A stretch of 64,000 nucleotides of DNA, taken from contig JBFMFN010000013.1 in assembly GCA_040754175.1 (NCBI GenBank), positions 29,156 to 93,155 on the forward strand, written 5' to 3'. The position numbers were made by a program, and so were the translations under genes. Source of the DNA: Pseudomonadota bacterium. Lineage in GTDB: Bacteria; Pseudomonadota; Gammaproteobacteria; Burkholderiales; Gallionellaceae. Positions 9,555 through 19,388 of the stretch are shown here, piece by piece. The notes beneath the pieces were generated by a model, which saw only the letters and a program-made list of their open reading frames with translations, was not told where the DNA came from and did not search any database. Numbering within the stretch: position 1 is the first letter of the stretch; each line of letters opens with the position of its first letter.

Positions 9555-11117
9555 ATGGCCATCACCCAAGCTCTCATCAGCGTGTCGGATAAATCCGGCG
9601 TCCTCGAATTCGCCAAAGGTCTGCACGCCCTCGGCGTGAAGCTGCTCTCCACCGGCGGCACCGCCAAGCTGCTCGCCGACAACGGCGTGCCCTGCACCGA
9701 AGTCGCCGATTACACCGGCTTCCCCGAGATGCTGGATGGCCGTGTGAAGACGCTGCAACCCAAAGTGCACGCCGGCATCCTGGCGCGCCGCGACCTGCCC
9801 GAGCACATTGCCACGCTGAAGAAGCACGACATCCCCACCATCGACCTGGTGGTGGTCAACCTCTACCCGTTCGCGGCCACCATCGCCAAGCCCGGCTGCA
9901 CGCTGGCCGATGCCATCGAGAACATCGACATCGGCGGCCCGACCATGGTGCGTTCTGCCGCCAAGAACCACGCGCATGTCGCCATCATCACCGACCCGGC
10001 CGACTACGCCGATGTGCTGGCCGAGATGCAGACCAATAAATGTACCGTGTCCGACGCCACCCGTTTCGAGCTGGCCAAGAAAGCCTTCTCGCACACTGCC
10101 GCCTACGACAGCATGATCAGCAACTACCTCACCGCGATCGATGCCGACGGCAACAAGAGCGAGTACCCGGCGCAGATCAACTTCAACTTCGCCAAGGTGC
10201 AGGACATGCGCTACGGCGAGAATTCGCACCAGAGCGCCGCGTTCTATCGCGACCTCAATGGCGTGAGTGGCGGCATCGCCGATTACACCCAGTTGCAGGG
10301 CAAGGAACTCAGCTACAACAACATCGGCGACTCCGATGCCGCTTGGGAATGTGTGAAGACCTTCGAACAGCCCGCCTGCGTCATCGTCAAGCATGCCAAC
10401 CCCTGCGGCGTCGCCATCGCCGACACGCCGCTGAACGCCTACAAGCTGGCCTATGCGACCGACACCACCTCCGCGTTCGGCGGCATCATCGCTTTCAACC
10501 GCGAGCTGGATGAAGCCACTGCCGCGCAGATCGTCGCCAACCAGTTCGTCGAGGTCATCATCGCCCCGAGCGCTACCGAGGCCGCGCTGAAGGTCACCGG
10601 CGCCAAGCAGAACGTGCGCGTGCTCACCGTGCCGCTGTCCAACGCGCACAACCAGTGGGACGTGAAGCGCGTGGTCGGCGGCCTGCTGGTGCAGACCCCG
10701 GATGCACTCAACGTGCAGTTGGATCAGCTCAAGGTCGTCACCAAGGTGCAGCCCACCAAGGAACAACTCACCGACCTGCTGTTCGCCTGGCGCGTGGCCA
10801 AGTACGTGAAGTCCAACGCCATCGTGTTCTGCAAGGGCGGCCAGACCCTGGGCGTGGGCGCCGGCCAGATGAGCCGCGTCGACTCCACCCGCATCGCCAG
10901 CATCAAGGCGCAGAACGCCGGCCTCAGCCTGGCCGGCTCCGTGGTCGCCTCGGACGCCTTCTTCCCGTTCCGCGATGGCGTGGATGTGCTGGCCGAAGCC
11001 GGCGCCAAGGCCGTCATCCAGCCGGGCGGTTCCATGCGCGATGAAGAAGTCATCAAGGCAGCAGACGAACACGGCCTGGCCATGGTGTTCACCGGCTACC
11101 GTCACTTCCGTCACTAA
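9555..11117 (+). CDS. purH: Bifunctional AICAR transformylase/IMP cyclohydrolase
   Basis: [54 protein letters not shown]. Confidence 0.97.
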   Translation: MAITQALISVSDKSGVLEFAKGLHALGVKLLSTGGTAKLLADNGVPCTEVADYTGFPEMLDGRVKTLQPKVHAGILARRDLPEHIATLKKHDIPTIDLVVVNLYPFAATIAKPGCTLADAIENIDIGGPTMVRSAAKNHAHVAIITDPADYADVLAEMQTNKCTVSDATRFELAKKAFSHTAAYDSMISNYLTAIDADGNKSEYPAQINFNFAKVQDMRYGENSHQSAAFYRDLNGVSGGIADYTQLQGKELSYNNIGDSDAAWECVKTFEQPACVIVKHANPCGVAIADTPLNAYKLAYATDTTSAFGGIIAFNRELDEATAAQIVANQFVEVIIAPSATEAALKVTGAKQNVRVLTVPLSNAHNQWDVKRVVGGLLVQTPDALNVQLDQLKVVTKVQPTKEQLTDLLFAWRVAKYVKSNAIVFCKGGQTLGVGAGQMSRVDSTRIASIKAQNAGLSLAGSVVASDAFFPFRDGVDVLAEAGAKAVIQPGGSMRDEEVIKAADEHGLAMVFTGYRHFRH

Positions 11118-11143
11118 GCCCGCCGCGCCCGGGCCGCAGTCTC

Positions 11144-11263
11144 GTCATTCCCGCGCAAGCGGGAATCCAGCGAAGATGAAGGCCCTGCGCAGCAGACAAC
11201 AAGGTTATGCCCCGCGCTGCGGGGTTTTTCAATCATCTGGATTCCCGCTTGCGCGGGAATGAC
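11144..11263. repeat. Paired 27-bp perfect inverted REP-like repeats (ATTCCC-N8-GGGAAT core) around a 66-bp spacer
   Basis: GTCATTCCCGCGCAAGCGGGAATCCAG (11144-11170) and its exact reverse complement (11237-11263). Confidence 0.85.
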
Positions 11264-11277
11264 AACAAGGTGTGAAT

Positions 11278-12549
11278 ATGAAGATTCTAGTCATCGGTAA
11301 CGGCGGTCGCGAACACGCACTCGCCTGGCGTCTGGCGCAAGGCGCAAAGGTGCAAAAGGTCTACGTCGCACCGGGCAATGCGGGTACGGCATTGGAAGAA
11401 GGCGTGGAGAACGTCGCCATCACGGCCATTCCCGAACTGCTTGAGTTCGCCAAGGCCAACGACATCTACATGACGGTGGTCGGCCCCGAAGCGCCGCTGG
11501 CCGCAGGCGTGGTGGATGCCTTCCGCGCCGCAGGCCTGAAGATCTTCGGCCCCACCAAGGCCGCCGCGCAACTCGAATCCTCCAAGGATTTCGCCAAGCG
11601 CTTCATGACGCGCCACAACATCCCCACCGCCTTCTTCGAGACCTTCAGCGAGATCGCACCTGCCAAGGCCTACGTCGAAAAGCACGGCGCACCCATCGTC
11701 ATCAAGGCCGATGGTCTCGCCGCAGGCAAGGGCGTGGTCGTGGCGATGAGCAAACAGGAAGCGTTCGAAGCCATCGACATGATGCTGTCCGACAACAAAC
11801 TGGGCGATGCTGGTGCGCGCGTGGTGATCGAAGAGTTCCTCGAAGGCGAAGAAGCCAGCTTCATTGTCATGGTGGACGGCAAGAACGTGCTGGCCATGGC
11901 ATCCAGCCAGGACCACAAGCGCCTCAAGGATGGCGACCAGGGCCCCAACACCGGCGGCATGGGCGCGTATTCGCCCGCACCGGTGGTCACCCCCACCATC
12001 CACGCCAAGGCGTTGCGCGAAGTCATCATGCCCGTGGTGCGCGGCATGGAAAAAGAAGGCATCACCTACACCGGCTTCCTTTACGCAGGTCTGATGATCT
12101 CGCCGGACGGCGGCCTCAAAGTGCTGGAATTCAACTGCCGCTTCGGCGACCCCGAAACGCAACCCATCATGCTGCGCCTCAAGAGCGACTTCGCCGTGCT
12201 GATCGAACACGGCATCAACGGCACGCTGGATAAGGTCGAAGCCGAATGGGATCACCGCACCGCCCTCGGCGTCGTCATGGCCGCCGCCAACTACCCCGAC
12301 ACCCCGCGCAAGGGTGACGTCATTACTGGTCTGCCCAAGAAACTCGAAGACGCCCACGTCTTCCACGCCGGCACCACCATGCAAGACGGCAAAGTCGTCA
12401 CCAGCGGCGGCCGCGTCCTCTGCGTCGTCGCCCTCGGCGACATGGTCAAACACGCGCAAAACCGCGCCTACGAGATCGCCGACACCATCAAGTTCGACGG
12501 CTGCCAGATGCGCCGCGATATTGGTTATCGGGCCATCGGGCGGAAGTAA
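11278..12549 (+). CDS. purD: Phosphoribosylamine-glycine ligase
   Basis: MKILVIGNGGREHAL, VIKADGLAAGKGV, GPNTGGMGAYSP, EFNCRFGDPE, GGRVL. Confidence 0.97.
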   Translation: MKILVIGNGGREHALAWRLAQGAKVQKVYVAPGNAGTALEEGVENVAITAIPELLEFAKANDIYMTVVGPEAPLAAGVVDAFRAAGLKIFGPTKAAAQLESSKDFAKRFMTRHNIPTAFFETFSEIAPAKAYVEKHGAPIVIKADGLAAGKGVVVAMSKQEAFEAIDMMLSDNKLGDAGARVVIEEFLEGEEASFIVMVDGKNVLAMASSQDHKRLKDGDQGPNTGGMGAYSPAPVVTPTIHAKALREVIMPVVRGMEKEGITYTGFLYAGLMISPDGGLKVLEFNCRFGDPETQPIMLRLKSDFAVLIEHGINGTLDKVEAEWDHRTALGVVMAAANYPDTPRKGDVITGLPKKLEDAHVFHAGTTMQDGKVVTSGGRVLCVVALGDMVKHAQNRAYEIADTIKFDGCQMRRDIGYRAIGRK

Positions 12550-12704
12550 TCAACTCACACTCCCTCGGCGGCAGGGAGAGGGGGCGCAGGAAGCTGGTCA
12601 CATTTTGAGACCAGCTAACCCATGTACCCAGCACTAAGTACCGCCATTATTAAAGAAATGAGCTAATATTTAAACAGCTCGATTTCTTATTAAAGGTGGG
12701 CTTC

Positions 12705-13868
12705 ATGCTTAGAGACATCACCGGGCAATACCTTTCCAGCGTTGCAGGCGGCGAAACGGTGCGCGCTTTTGTGCCAAGTCCGTTGCCGCCGGTCCCTGCG
12801 CTGGAGATCGACGAAGCGCGCCAGCGCCTGCTGGAGCGCGCCACGCTCGCCGTTGGGCGCCTCGATAGCGTAAGCACGCTGCTGCCCGACCCGCACCGCT
12901 TCCTGTATGCCTATGTGCGCCGCGAGGCCGTGTTGTCTTCGCAGATAGAAGGTACGCAATCCTCGCTGTCCGACCTGCTGCTGTTCGAGCTGGACGAAGC
13001 GCCCGGTGTGCCATTCGATGACGTGGTCGAGGTCTTCAACTACGTCGCTGCGCTCGAGTACGGCATGGCCCGGTTGCGCGAACCCTTTCCACTATGTAAC
13101 CGCCTGCTGCGCGAGATGCACACCCATCTGATAGCGCGTGGACGTGGTGGCGACAAAGCACCGGGAGAATTTCGCCGCAGCCAGAACTGGATCGGCGGCA
13201 CGCGTCCCGGCAACGCCCGCTTCGTACCCCCGCCGCCGCAAGAAGTGGAAGCCTGCATGGCTGCGCTCGAACAATTCATCAATCTGCCAGGCGAAGCGGC
13301 ACCCGTACTGATCAAAGCGGCGCTGGCGCACGTGCAGTTTGAAACCATTCACCCCTTTCTCGATGGAAACGGCAGATTGGGGCGGCTGCTAATCGCCCTG
13401 ATGCTGCATCAGGGCGGCCTGCTCTCACAGCCGCTGCTCTACCTCAGTCTGTATTTCAAACAGCACCGTGCCGTGTATTACGAACTGCTCGACAAAGTAC
13501 GCACGGATGGCGATTGGGAAGCGTGGGTGGACTTCTTTCTCGAAGGCGTCGAACAGACCGCGCAAAGTGCCGTGCAAACCGCGCAGCGTCTAGCCTCGCT
13601 GTTCGAACAAGACAACCTGCGCATGCAGCAAAGCGGGCGGGGCGCGACCAATGCCCAGCGTCTGTTGTCTGCCCTGCGCAGTCACCCGGTATCAACGCTC
13701 AAGTCGCTAAGCGCAGAGGCGGGCATCAGCTTTCCAACCGCAGGCAAAGCCATGCAAACACTGATCGAACACGGCATCGCGCGCGAACTCACCGGCCAAC
13801 GCCGCAACCGAGTATTCGTGTATGAAGCCTACATCGCAATTCTGAACGAGGGCGGCGAAGCGCTATGA
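12705..13868 (+). CDS. Fic family protein (class II) with C-terminal winged HTH
   Basis: HPFLDGNGRLGR Fic motif; N-terminal SSQIEG inhibitory motif; C-terminal LSAEAGISFPTAGKAMQTL..GI..ELTGQRRNRVF. Confidence 0.9.
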   Translation: MLRDITGQYLSSVAGGETVRAFVPSPLPPVPALEIDEARQRLLERATLAVGRLDSVSTLLPDPHRFLYAYVRREAVLSSQIEGTQSSLSDLLLFELDEAPGVPFDDVVEVFNYVAALEYGMARLREPFPLCNRLLREMHTHLIARGRGGDKAPGEFRRSQNWIGGTRPGNARFVPPPPQEVEACMAALEQFINLPGEAAPVLIKAALAHVQFETIHPFLDGNGRLGRLLIALMLHQGGLLSQPLLYLSLYFKQHRAVYYELLDKVRTDGDWEAWVDFFLEGVEQTAQSAVQTAQRLASLFEQDNLRMQQSGRGATNAQRLLSALRSHPVSTLKSLSAEAGISFPTAGKAMQTLIEHGIARELTGQRRNRVFVYEAYIAILNEGGEAL

Positions 13869-13931
13869 GCAACCGAACTTGCACCCGATAGATAATCATT
13901 ACGAGTGGAGAGTCGTCGAGCACGGTGACAA

Positions 13932-13966
13932 CGGGGAAGTGGCAACACTTCCCCGCTTTGTTTTTT
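13932..13966 (+). terminator. Intrinsic terminator after Fic
   Basis: CGGGGAAGTG-gcaa-CACTTCCCCG followed by CTTTGTTTTTT. Confidence 0.75.
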
Positions 13967-14045
13967 AGGGTCTATATATTCTTCACGCTTGGAGATAGGT
14001 AGCTGGGTCGGTACTATTCGGCTCGCCACAGAAAGAACAGACCGA

Positions 14046-15047
14046 ATGAGCGAATTGATTCTCTACCAGACTGAAGACGGAAAAGCCGAAGTGCGCCTGC
14101 GCGCCGAAGACGGCAGCGTCTGGCTTACTCAGGGAGAAATCGCCGAACTGTTCGCGACCACCAAGCAGAATGTCAGCCTGCATGCGGCCAACATATTGAA
14201 AGAAGGCGAGCTGGCCGAGGAATCAGTTGTCAAGGAATCCTTGACAACTGCCGCCGACGGCAAGAACTACCGAACCAAACTCTACCGCCTCGAAATGATC
14301 CTTGCCGTGGGCTATCGGGTAAAAGGTTCCCGTGGCACCCAATTCCGCCAATGGGCCACCGCCCACCTCGCCGAATACCTCACCAAGGGCTTCGTCATGG
14401 ACGACGAGCGCCTCAAGAACCCCGGCGGCTGGGACTACTTCGACGAACTGCTGGCGCGCATCCGCGAGATCCGCGCCTCGGAAAAACGCTTCTACCAGAA
14501 GGTGCGCGACCTGTTTGCCCTCAGCGCCGATTACCGCGCCGACGACAGCGCCGCCCAACTGTTCTTTGCCGAAGTGCAAAACAAGCTGCTCTACGCCGTC
14601 ACCAGGCAAACCGCCGCCGAACTTATCGTTGCGCGTGCCGATGCCAGCGCTCCCAACATGGCGCTGACCACCTGGAGCGGCTCGCGGGTGCGCAAGCACG
14701 ACGTCATCGTCGCCAAGAATTATTTGAACGCCGACGAAGTGGACACCCTAAACCGGCTGGTCGTCATCTTTCTGGAAACCGCCGAACTGCGCGCCCAGGA
14801 ACGCAAACAACTCACGCTGGATTACTGGCGGCAGAACGTGGATCGCCTGCTCGAATTCAGCGAGCGTCCCGTGTTGCGCAACGCGGGTAGCATTAGCGCC
14901 GAGCAAATGAAAAGTATTGCCCACGAGCGCTATGAAACCTTCGATGCCAATCGTCGGAACGAGGAAGCTGTTGCGGCTGATGCCGAGGATATTCGGGCAC
15001 TGGAAGAAATAGAAAAGCACACAGGCAAGACATCGAAAAATAAATGA
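14046..15047 (+). CDS. RhuM-like (Virulence_RhuM family) DNA-binding protein
   Basis: MSELILYQTEDG..VWLTQGEIAELF..KQNVSLH, ILAVGYRV..RGTQFRQWAT..EYLTKGFVMDDERLK, IREIRASEKRFYQK. Confidence 0.85.
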   Translation: MSELILYQTEDGKAEVRLRAEDGSVWLTQGEIAELFATTKQNVSLHAANILKEGELAEESVVKESLTTAADGKNYRTKLYRLEMILAVGYRVKGSRGTQFRQWATAHLAEYLTKGFVMDDERLKNPGGWDYFDELLARIREIRASEKRFYQKVRDLFALSADYRADDSAAQLFFAEVQNKLLYAVTRQTAAELIVARADASAPNMALTTWSGSRVRKHDVIVAKNYLNADEVDTLNRLVVIFLETAELRAQERKQLTLDYWRQNVDRLLEFSERPVLRNAGSISAEQMKSIAHERYETFDANRRNEEAVAADAEDIRALEEIEKHTGKTSKNK

Positions 15048-15081
15048 TGTCCGCAAACGAAGAATCGAGATCGAACCGGCC

Positions 15082-17844
15082 ATGACCGAAAACCAGAACC
15101 CCGAACAAAAAGCCCGCGACACCATCGACGCGCTGCTGGAGCAGGCGGGCTGGGTCGTGCAGTCGAAAAACAAATTCGACCCGAGCGCGGGGCTGGGTAT
15201 TGCGGTGCGCGAGTACCAGACCGACATCGGCCCCGCCGATTACGTGCTGTTTGTGGATCGCAAAGCCTGCGGCGTGATCGAAGCCAAGAAAGAGGAGCTG
15301 GGCTTCAAGATCACTGAGGTCGAAGAACAGACAGGTGGCTACGCCGCTGCCAAGCTGAAATGGGTCAACAACAAGGAGCCGTTGCCCTTCCTGTATGAAA
15401 GCACCGGCATTATCACCCGCTTCACCGATGGCCGCGATCCCAAGCCGCGTTCGCGCGAGGTGTTCAACTTCCACCGTCCGGAAACGCTCAAGGAATGGCT
15501 GAGCCAGAGCGATAGCCTGCGCGCTCGGCTGCACCATATCCCCAAACTGCAACCGGACAAGCGCCTGCGTGACTGCCAGTATTCCGCCATCGCCAATCTG
15601 GAAGAGTCCTTCCGTGCCGACCGCCCGCGCGCCCTGATCCAGATGGCCACCGGCGCGGGCAAGACCTACACTGCCATCACCTCCATCTACCGCCTGCTCA
15701 AGTTTGCCCACGGCAAGCGCGTGCTGTTTCTGGTCAACACCAAAAACCTGGGCGAGCAGGCCGAGCAGGAGATGATGTCCTACACCCCGCTCGACGATAA
15801 CCGCAAATTCACCGAGCTCTACAACGTGCAGCGCCTGAAAAATTCCTTCATCGCCAAGGATAGTCAGGTCTGTATCAGCACCATCCAGCGCCTGTATTCC
15901 ATTCTCAAGGACAAGCCGCTGGACGAAGCCGCCGAGGAAATCGACCCGAACGAACTGGTGCAGCCCAAGCAGCCCATGCCCGTGGTCTACAGCGAAAAAA
16001 TCCCGCCGGAATTTTTCGACTTCATCTTCATCGACGAATGCCATGAATCCATCTACAACCTGTGGCAGCAGGTGCTGGATTACTTTGATGCCAGCCTCAT
16101 CGGCCTCACCGCCACGCCGGATAACCGCACCTACGGCTTCTTCAAGAAAAACGTGGTCAGCGAATACCCCCACGAAAAAGCCGTGGCCGATGGCGTGAAC
16201 GTGGGCAACGAGGTGTACGTTATCGAAACCCAGATCAGCAAACAGGGCGAAATCATCAAGGCGCAGCAGCAAGTCGAGCGCCGCGAAAAGCTCACCCGCA
16301 AAAAACGCTGGGAGCAGCACGGTGTAGACGAAGCCTACGATGCCAAGCAGCTCGACCGCAGCGTGGTCAACCCGGACCAGATACGCACCATCATCCGCAC
16401 CTTCCGCGACAAGCTGCCCGAGATTTTCCCCGGCCGTGAAGAAGTGCCCAAGACCCTCATCTTCGCCAAGACCGACAGCCACGCCGACGACATCATCAAC
16501 ATCGTGCGCGAGGAGTTCGGCGAGGGCAACGCTTTCTGCAAAAAGCTCACCTACAAGATCGACGAAGACCCCAAGTCGGTGCTCTCCGCCTTCCGCAACA
16601 CCTTCTACCCGCGCATCGCCGTCACCGTGGACATGATCGCCACCGGCACCGATGTGAAGCCGCTGGAATGCCTGCTGTTCATGCGCGACGTAAAAAGCCG
16701 CAACTACTTCGAGCAGATGAAAGGGCGCGGCACGCGCACCTACGACCTCGACGAGCTGAAGAAAGTCACTCCCTCCGCCAAAAGCGCCAAGACGCATTAC
16801 GTGATTGTGGATGCCGTGGGTGTCACCAAATCGCTCAAGACTTCCAGCCAGCCGCTCATCACCAAACCCACCGTGCCGCTCAAAGACCTCGCCATGGGCG
16901 TGATGCTGGGCGCTTGCGACGAAGACACCGTATCGTCATTGGCAGGCAGGCTGGCGCGGCTCAACAAGCAACTGGATGTGGACGAACAGCGCCGCATCAG
17001 AGAAAAGGCCGGGGGACTGGAACTCTCGCAGCTGGTGAGCCAACTGTTCGGCGCCATCGACGCCGACAACATCGAAGCCCGCGCGCTGGAGCTGGCAAAG
17101 CAACCCATCGGCACCGACCCCGGCGACAGCAAGCGCGCCGAAGCGCAACAGCAACTGGTGGGCGAAGCGGCCAAGGTGCTGAACGGCGAGTTGATCGACC
17201 TCATCGATAGCATTCACCGCGACAAGGAACAAACCATCGACCACGACAACCTCGACACCCTGCTGCGCGCCGAGTGGGACAAGGATGCCGCGAATAATGC
17301 ACAGGCGCTGACCGACGAATTTGCCGATTACCTCAAGACGCACCGCAACGAGATCGAAGCCCTCGCCATCTTCTTCGATCAGCCGCAGCGGCGGCGCGAA
17401 GTCACCTACGCCATGATCCGCACCGTGCTGGACAAACTGAAAACCGACAAACCCAAACTCGCCCCGGTGCGCGTGTGGCAAGCCTATGCCCAGCTCGACG
17501 ACTACAAAGGCCAGCCCATCAACGAGCTCACCGCGCTGGTCGCGCTGATCCGCCGCGTGTGCGGGCTGGATGAAACGCTCACCAACTACGACACCCTGGT
17601 GCGCCGCAACTTCCAGAACTGGGTGCTCAAGCACCACAGCGGCGGCGGTGAAAAATTCAACGAAGAACAAATGAACTGGCTGCGCATGATCCGCGACCAC
17701 GTCGCCGTCTCCATCCACATGGAACGCGACGATTTGGAAATGGCCCCGTTCGATGGTCAGGGCGGGCTGGGCAAAATGTATGCACTGTTCGGCGGGCGCA
17801 TGGATGCGCTGCTGGATGAATTGAATGAAGTGTTGGTGGCGTGA
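15082..17844 (+). CDS. hsdR: Type I restriction enzyme subunit R (EcoAI/EcoEI-like)
   Basis: ADYVL..GVIEAK nuclease motif, MATGAGKT Walker A, DECH, GLTATP, EQMKGRGTR, EcoEI_R_C-like C-terminus. Confidence 0.92.
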   Translation: MTENQNPEQKARDTIDALLEQAGWVVQSKNKFDPSAGLGIAVREYQTDIGPADYVLFVDRKACGVIEAKKEELGFKITEVEEQTGGYAAAKLKWVNNKEPLPFLYESTGIITRFTDGRDPKPRSREVFNFHRPETLKEWLSQSDSLRARLHHIPKLQPDKRLRDCQYSAIANLEESFRADRPRALIQMATGAGKTYTAITSIYRLLKFAHGKRVLFLVNTKNLGEQAEQEMMSYTPLDDNRKFTELYNVQRLKNSFIAKDSQVCISTIQRLYSILKDKPLDEAAEEIDPNELVQPKQPMPVVYSEKIPPEFFDFIFIDECHESIYNLWQQVLDYFDASLIGLTATPDNRTYGFFKKNVVSEYPHEKAVADGVNVGNEVYVIETQISKQGEIIKAQQQVERREKLTRKKRWEQHGVDEAYDAKQLDRSVVNPDQIRTIIRTFRDKLPEIFPGREEVPKTLIFAKTDSHADDIINIVREEFGEGNAFCKKLTYKIDEDPKSVLSAFRNTFYPRIAVTVDMIATGTDVKPLECLLFMRDVKSRNYFEQMKGRGTRTYDLDELKKVTPSAKSAKTHYVIVDAVGVTKSLKTSSQPLITKPTVPLKDLAMGVMLGACDEDTVSSLAGRLARLNKQLDVDEQRRIREKAGGLELSQLVSQLFGAIDADNIEARALELAKQPIGTDPGDSKRAEAQQQLVGEAAKVLNGELIDLIDSIHRDKEQTIDHDNLDTLLRAEWDKDAANNAQALTDEFADYLKTHRNEIEALAIFFDQPQRRREVTYAMIRTVLDKLKTDKPKLAPVRVWQAYAQLDDYKGQPINELTALVALIRRVCGLDETLTNYDTLVRRNFQNWVLKHHSGGGEKFNEEQMNWLRMIRDHVAVSIHMERDDLEMAPFDGQGGLGKMYALFGGRMDALLDELNEVLVA

Positions 17845-19388
17845 TGAGACAAGAAGGTGTAATGCATCGCCACATTCCAAGTGGCTGGATTAGAGAGGAA
17901 CTTGGAAATCTTGCTGAAAAAATTACTAAGGGCGCTACGCCAACTACCTATGGGTATGAGTTTCAACGATCAGGGATAAATTTCATAAAAATTCAGAATG
18001 TCTTTGCTGGTGCTATCGACTTGGCATCCATCACGGATTTCATTTCTGAGGACGCACATCAGAACCAGAAAAAATCCATTCTAAAAGTTGATGACGTACT
18101 TTTTTCTATTGCTGGAACAATCGGGGAAACGTCTATCGTTAAGCAGCAGCATCTCCCAGCAAATACGAACCAAGCATTCGCAATCATTTCCGGTTTCTCT
18201 GAGTTGTTACTGCCAAAGTATTTGGAATTTCAATTGCGCTCATTTGTTTCACAAAAGACGAAAGAGAAGGCCCGTGGCGGTGCAATGAATAATGTTTCAC
18301 TGGACGACTTAAAGCACCTTGAATTACTTCTGCCTCCACTCAACGAACAACACCGCATCGTCGCTAAAATCGAAGAACTGTTTTCCGAACTGGACAAGGG
18401 CATCGAAGTCCTCAAGACCGCCCGCGAGCAGCTCAAGGTGTATCGGCAGGCGCTGCTGAAACACGCTTTCGAAGGCAAGCTCACCGCCGCGTGGCGTGAC
18501 GCCAACCCGGACAAACTCGAACCCGCCGCCGTTTTGCTCGCGCGCATCCAGACCGAACGCGAACAGCGCTACCAGCAACAACTCCAGCAATGGCAAACCA
18601 CCGGCGGCAGTAAACCCAAAGCACCCAAACCCCTGCCGCCGCTTACCACCGAAGAACTGGCGGAATTGCCTGAATTGCCGGAGGGGTGGGGGTGGGTCCG
18701 ATTGATGGATGTCTCAGATCAGATCACTGATGGAACACACCATACCCCAACTTATGTTCCAAACGGAGTGCCCTTTATTTCAGTGAAGGACATTCGCGAT
18801 GGTGTCGTAAGTTTTAGTGAGTGCAAATACATTTCTGAGGAAGAACATGCGGAGCTGTGCTCAAGATGTAAACCAGAAGCAGATGATTTGCTGATTACCA
18901 AAAGCGGAACTATTGGCCGCCTGGCTTTAGTTCCAGAAATCGACTTTAGTTTGTTCGTTAGCGTTGCTCTTGTTAAGACGCAGACCATGCGTCAGTTGGT
19001 ATTGCCTAAGTGGTTTCTTTATGCCTTCGAGTATCACCTAATGAGCTTGAATATTGATCAGGACATCAAAGGCGGGCTGCTGAAAAACTATCACTTGGAA
19101 GATCTTCGCTTGGCACATATTCCTCTAGCATCAACAGAGGAACAGCAAGCTCTAATCATGGCACTTGAAGAGCGGATTACAGAGATTGCACAGCTCGACC
19201 TAACCCTCACCGCCTCCCTGCAACAATCCGAAGCCCTGCGCCAGTCCATCCTGAAGCGCGCGTTCTCCGGCCAATTGGTCACGCAAGACCCGCACGACGA
19301 ACCCGCTGCCGTGTTGCTGGCGCGCATCCGGGCTGAAAAGGATGCACAATCCGCGCAACCTCGCAAATCAGGAAAGGGCAAAGCATGA
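17844..19388 (+). CDS. hsdS: Type I RM specificity subunit S
   Basis: Two TRDs (ITKGATP.. and ITDGTHHTP..), conserved LPPLNEQHRIVAKIEEL..LKHAFEGKL and LRQSILKRAFSGQL; TGATG overlap with hsdR; alternative ATG at 17862. Confidence 0.92.
   Translation: MRQEGVMHRHIPSGWIREELGNLAEKITKGATPTTYGYEFQRSGINFIKIQNVFAGAIDLASITDFISEDAHQNQKKSILKVDDVLFSIAGTIGETSIVKQQHLPANTNQAFAIISGFSELLLPKYLEFQLRSFVSQKTKEKARGGAMNNVSLDDLKHLELLLPPLNEQHRIVAKIEELFSELDKGIEVLKTAREQLKVYRQALLKHAFEGKLTAAWRDANPDKLEPAAVLLARIQTEREQRYQQQLQQWQTTGGSKPKAPKPLPPLTTEELAELPELPEGWGWVRLMDVSDQITDGTHHTPTYVPNGVPFISVKDIRDGVVSFSECKYISEEEHAELCSRCKPEADDLLITKSGTIGRLALVPEIDFSLFVSVALVKTQTMRQLVLPKWFLYAFEYHLMSLNIDQDIKGGLLKNYHLEDLRLAHIPLASTEEQQALIMALEERITEIAQLDLTLTASLQQSEALRQSILKRAFSGQLVTQDPHDEPAAVLLARIRAEKDAQSAQPRKSGKGKA

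Noticed and set aside
12560-12600. CCCTC...GGGAGAGGGGG as a second REP family
   Set aside because: Single, short and degenerate; no second copy in the window
13890-13904. Fur-like AGATAAT-C-ATTACGA after Fic
   Set aside because: Only 11/14, lies upstream of a terminator and has no iron-related target
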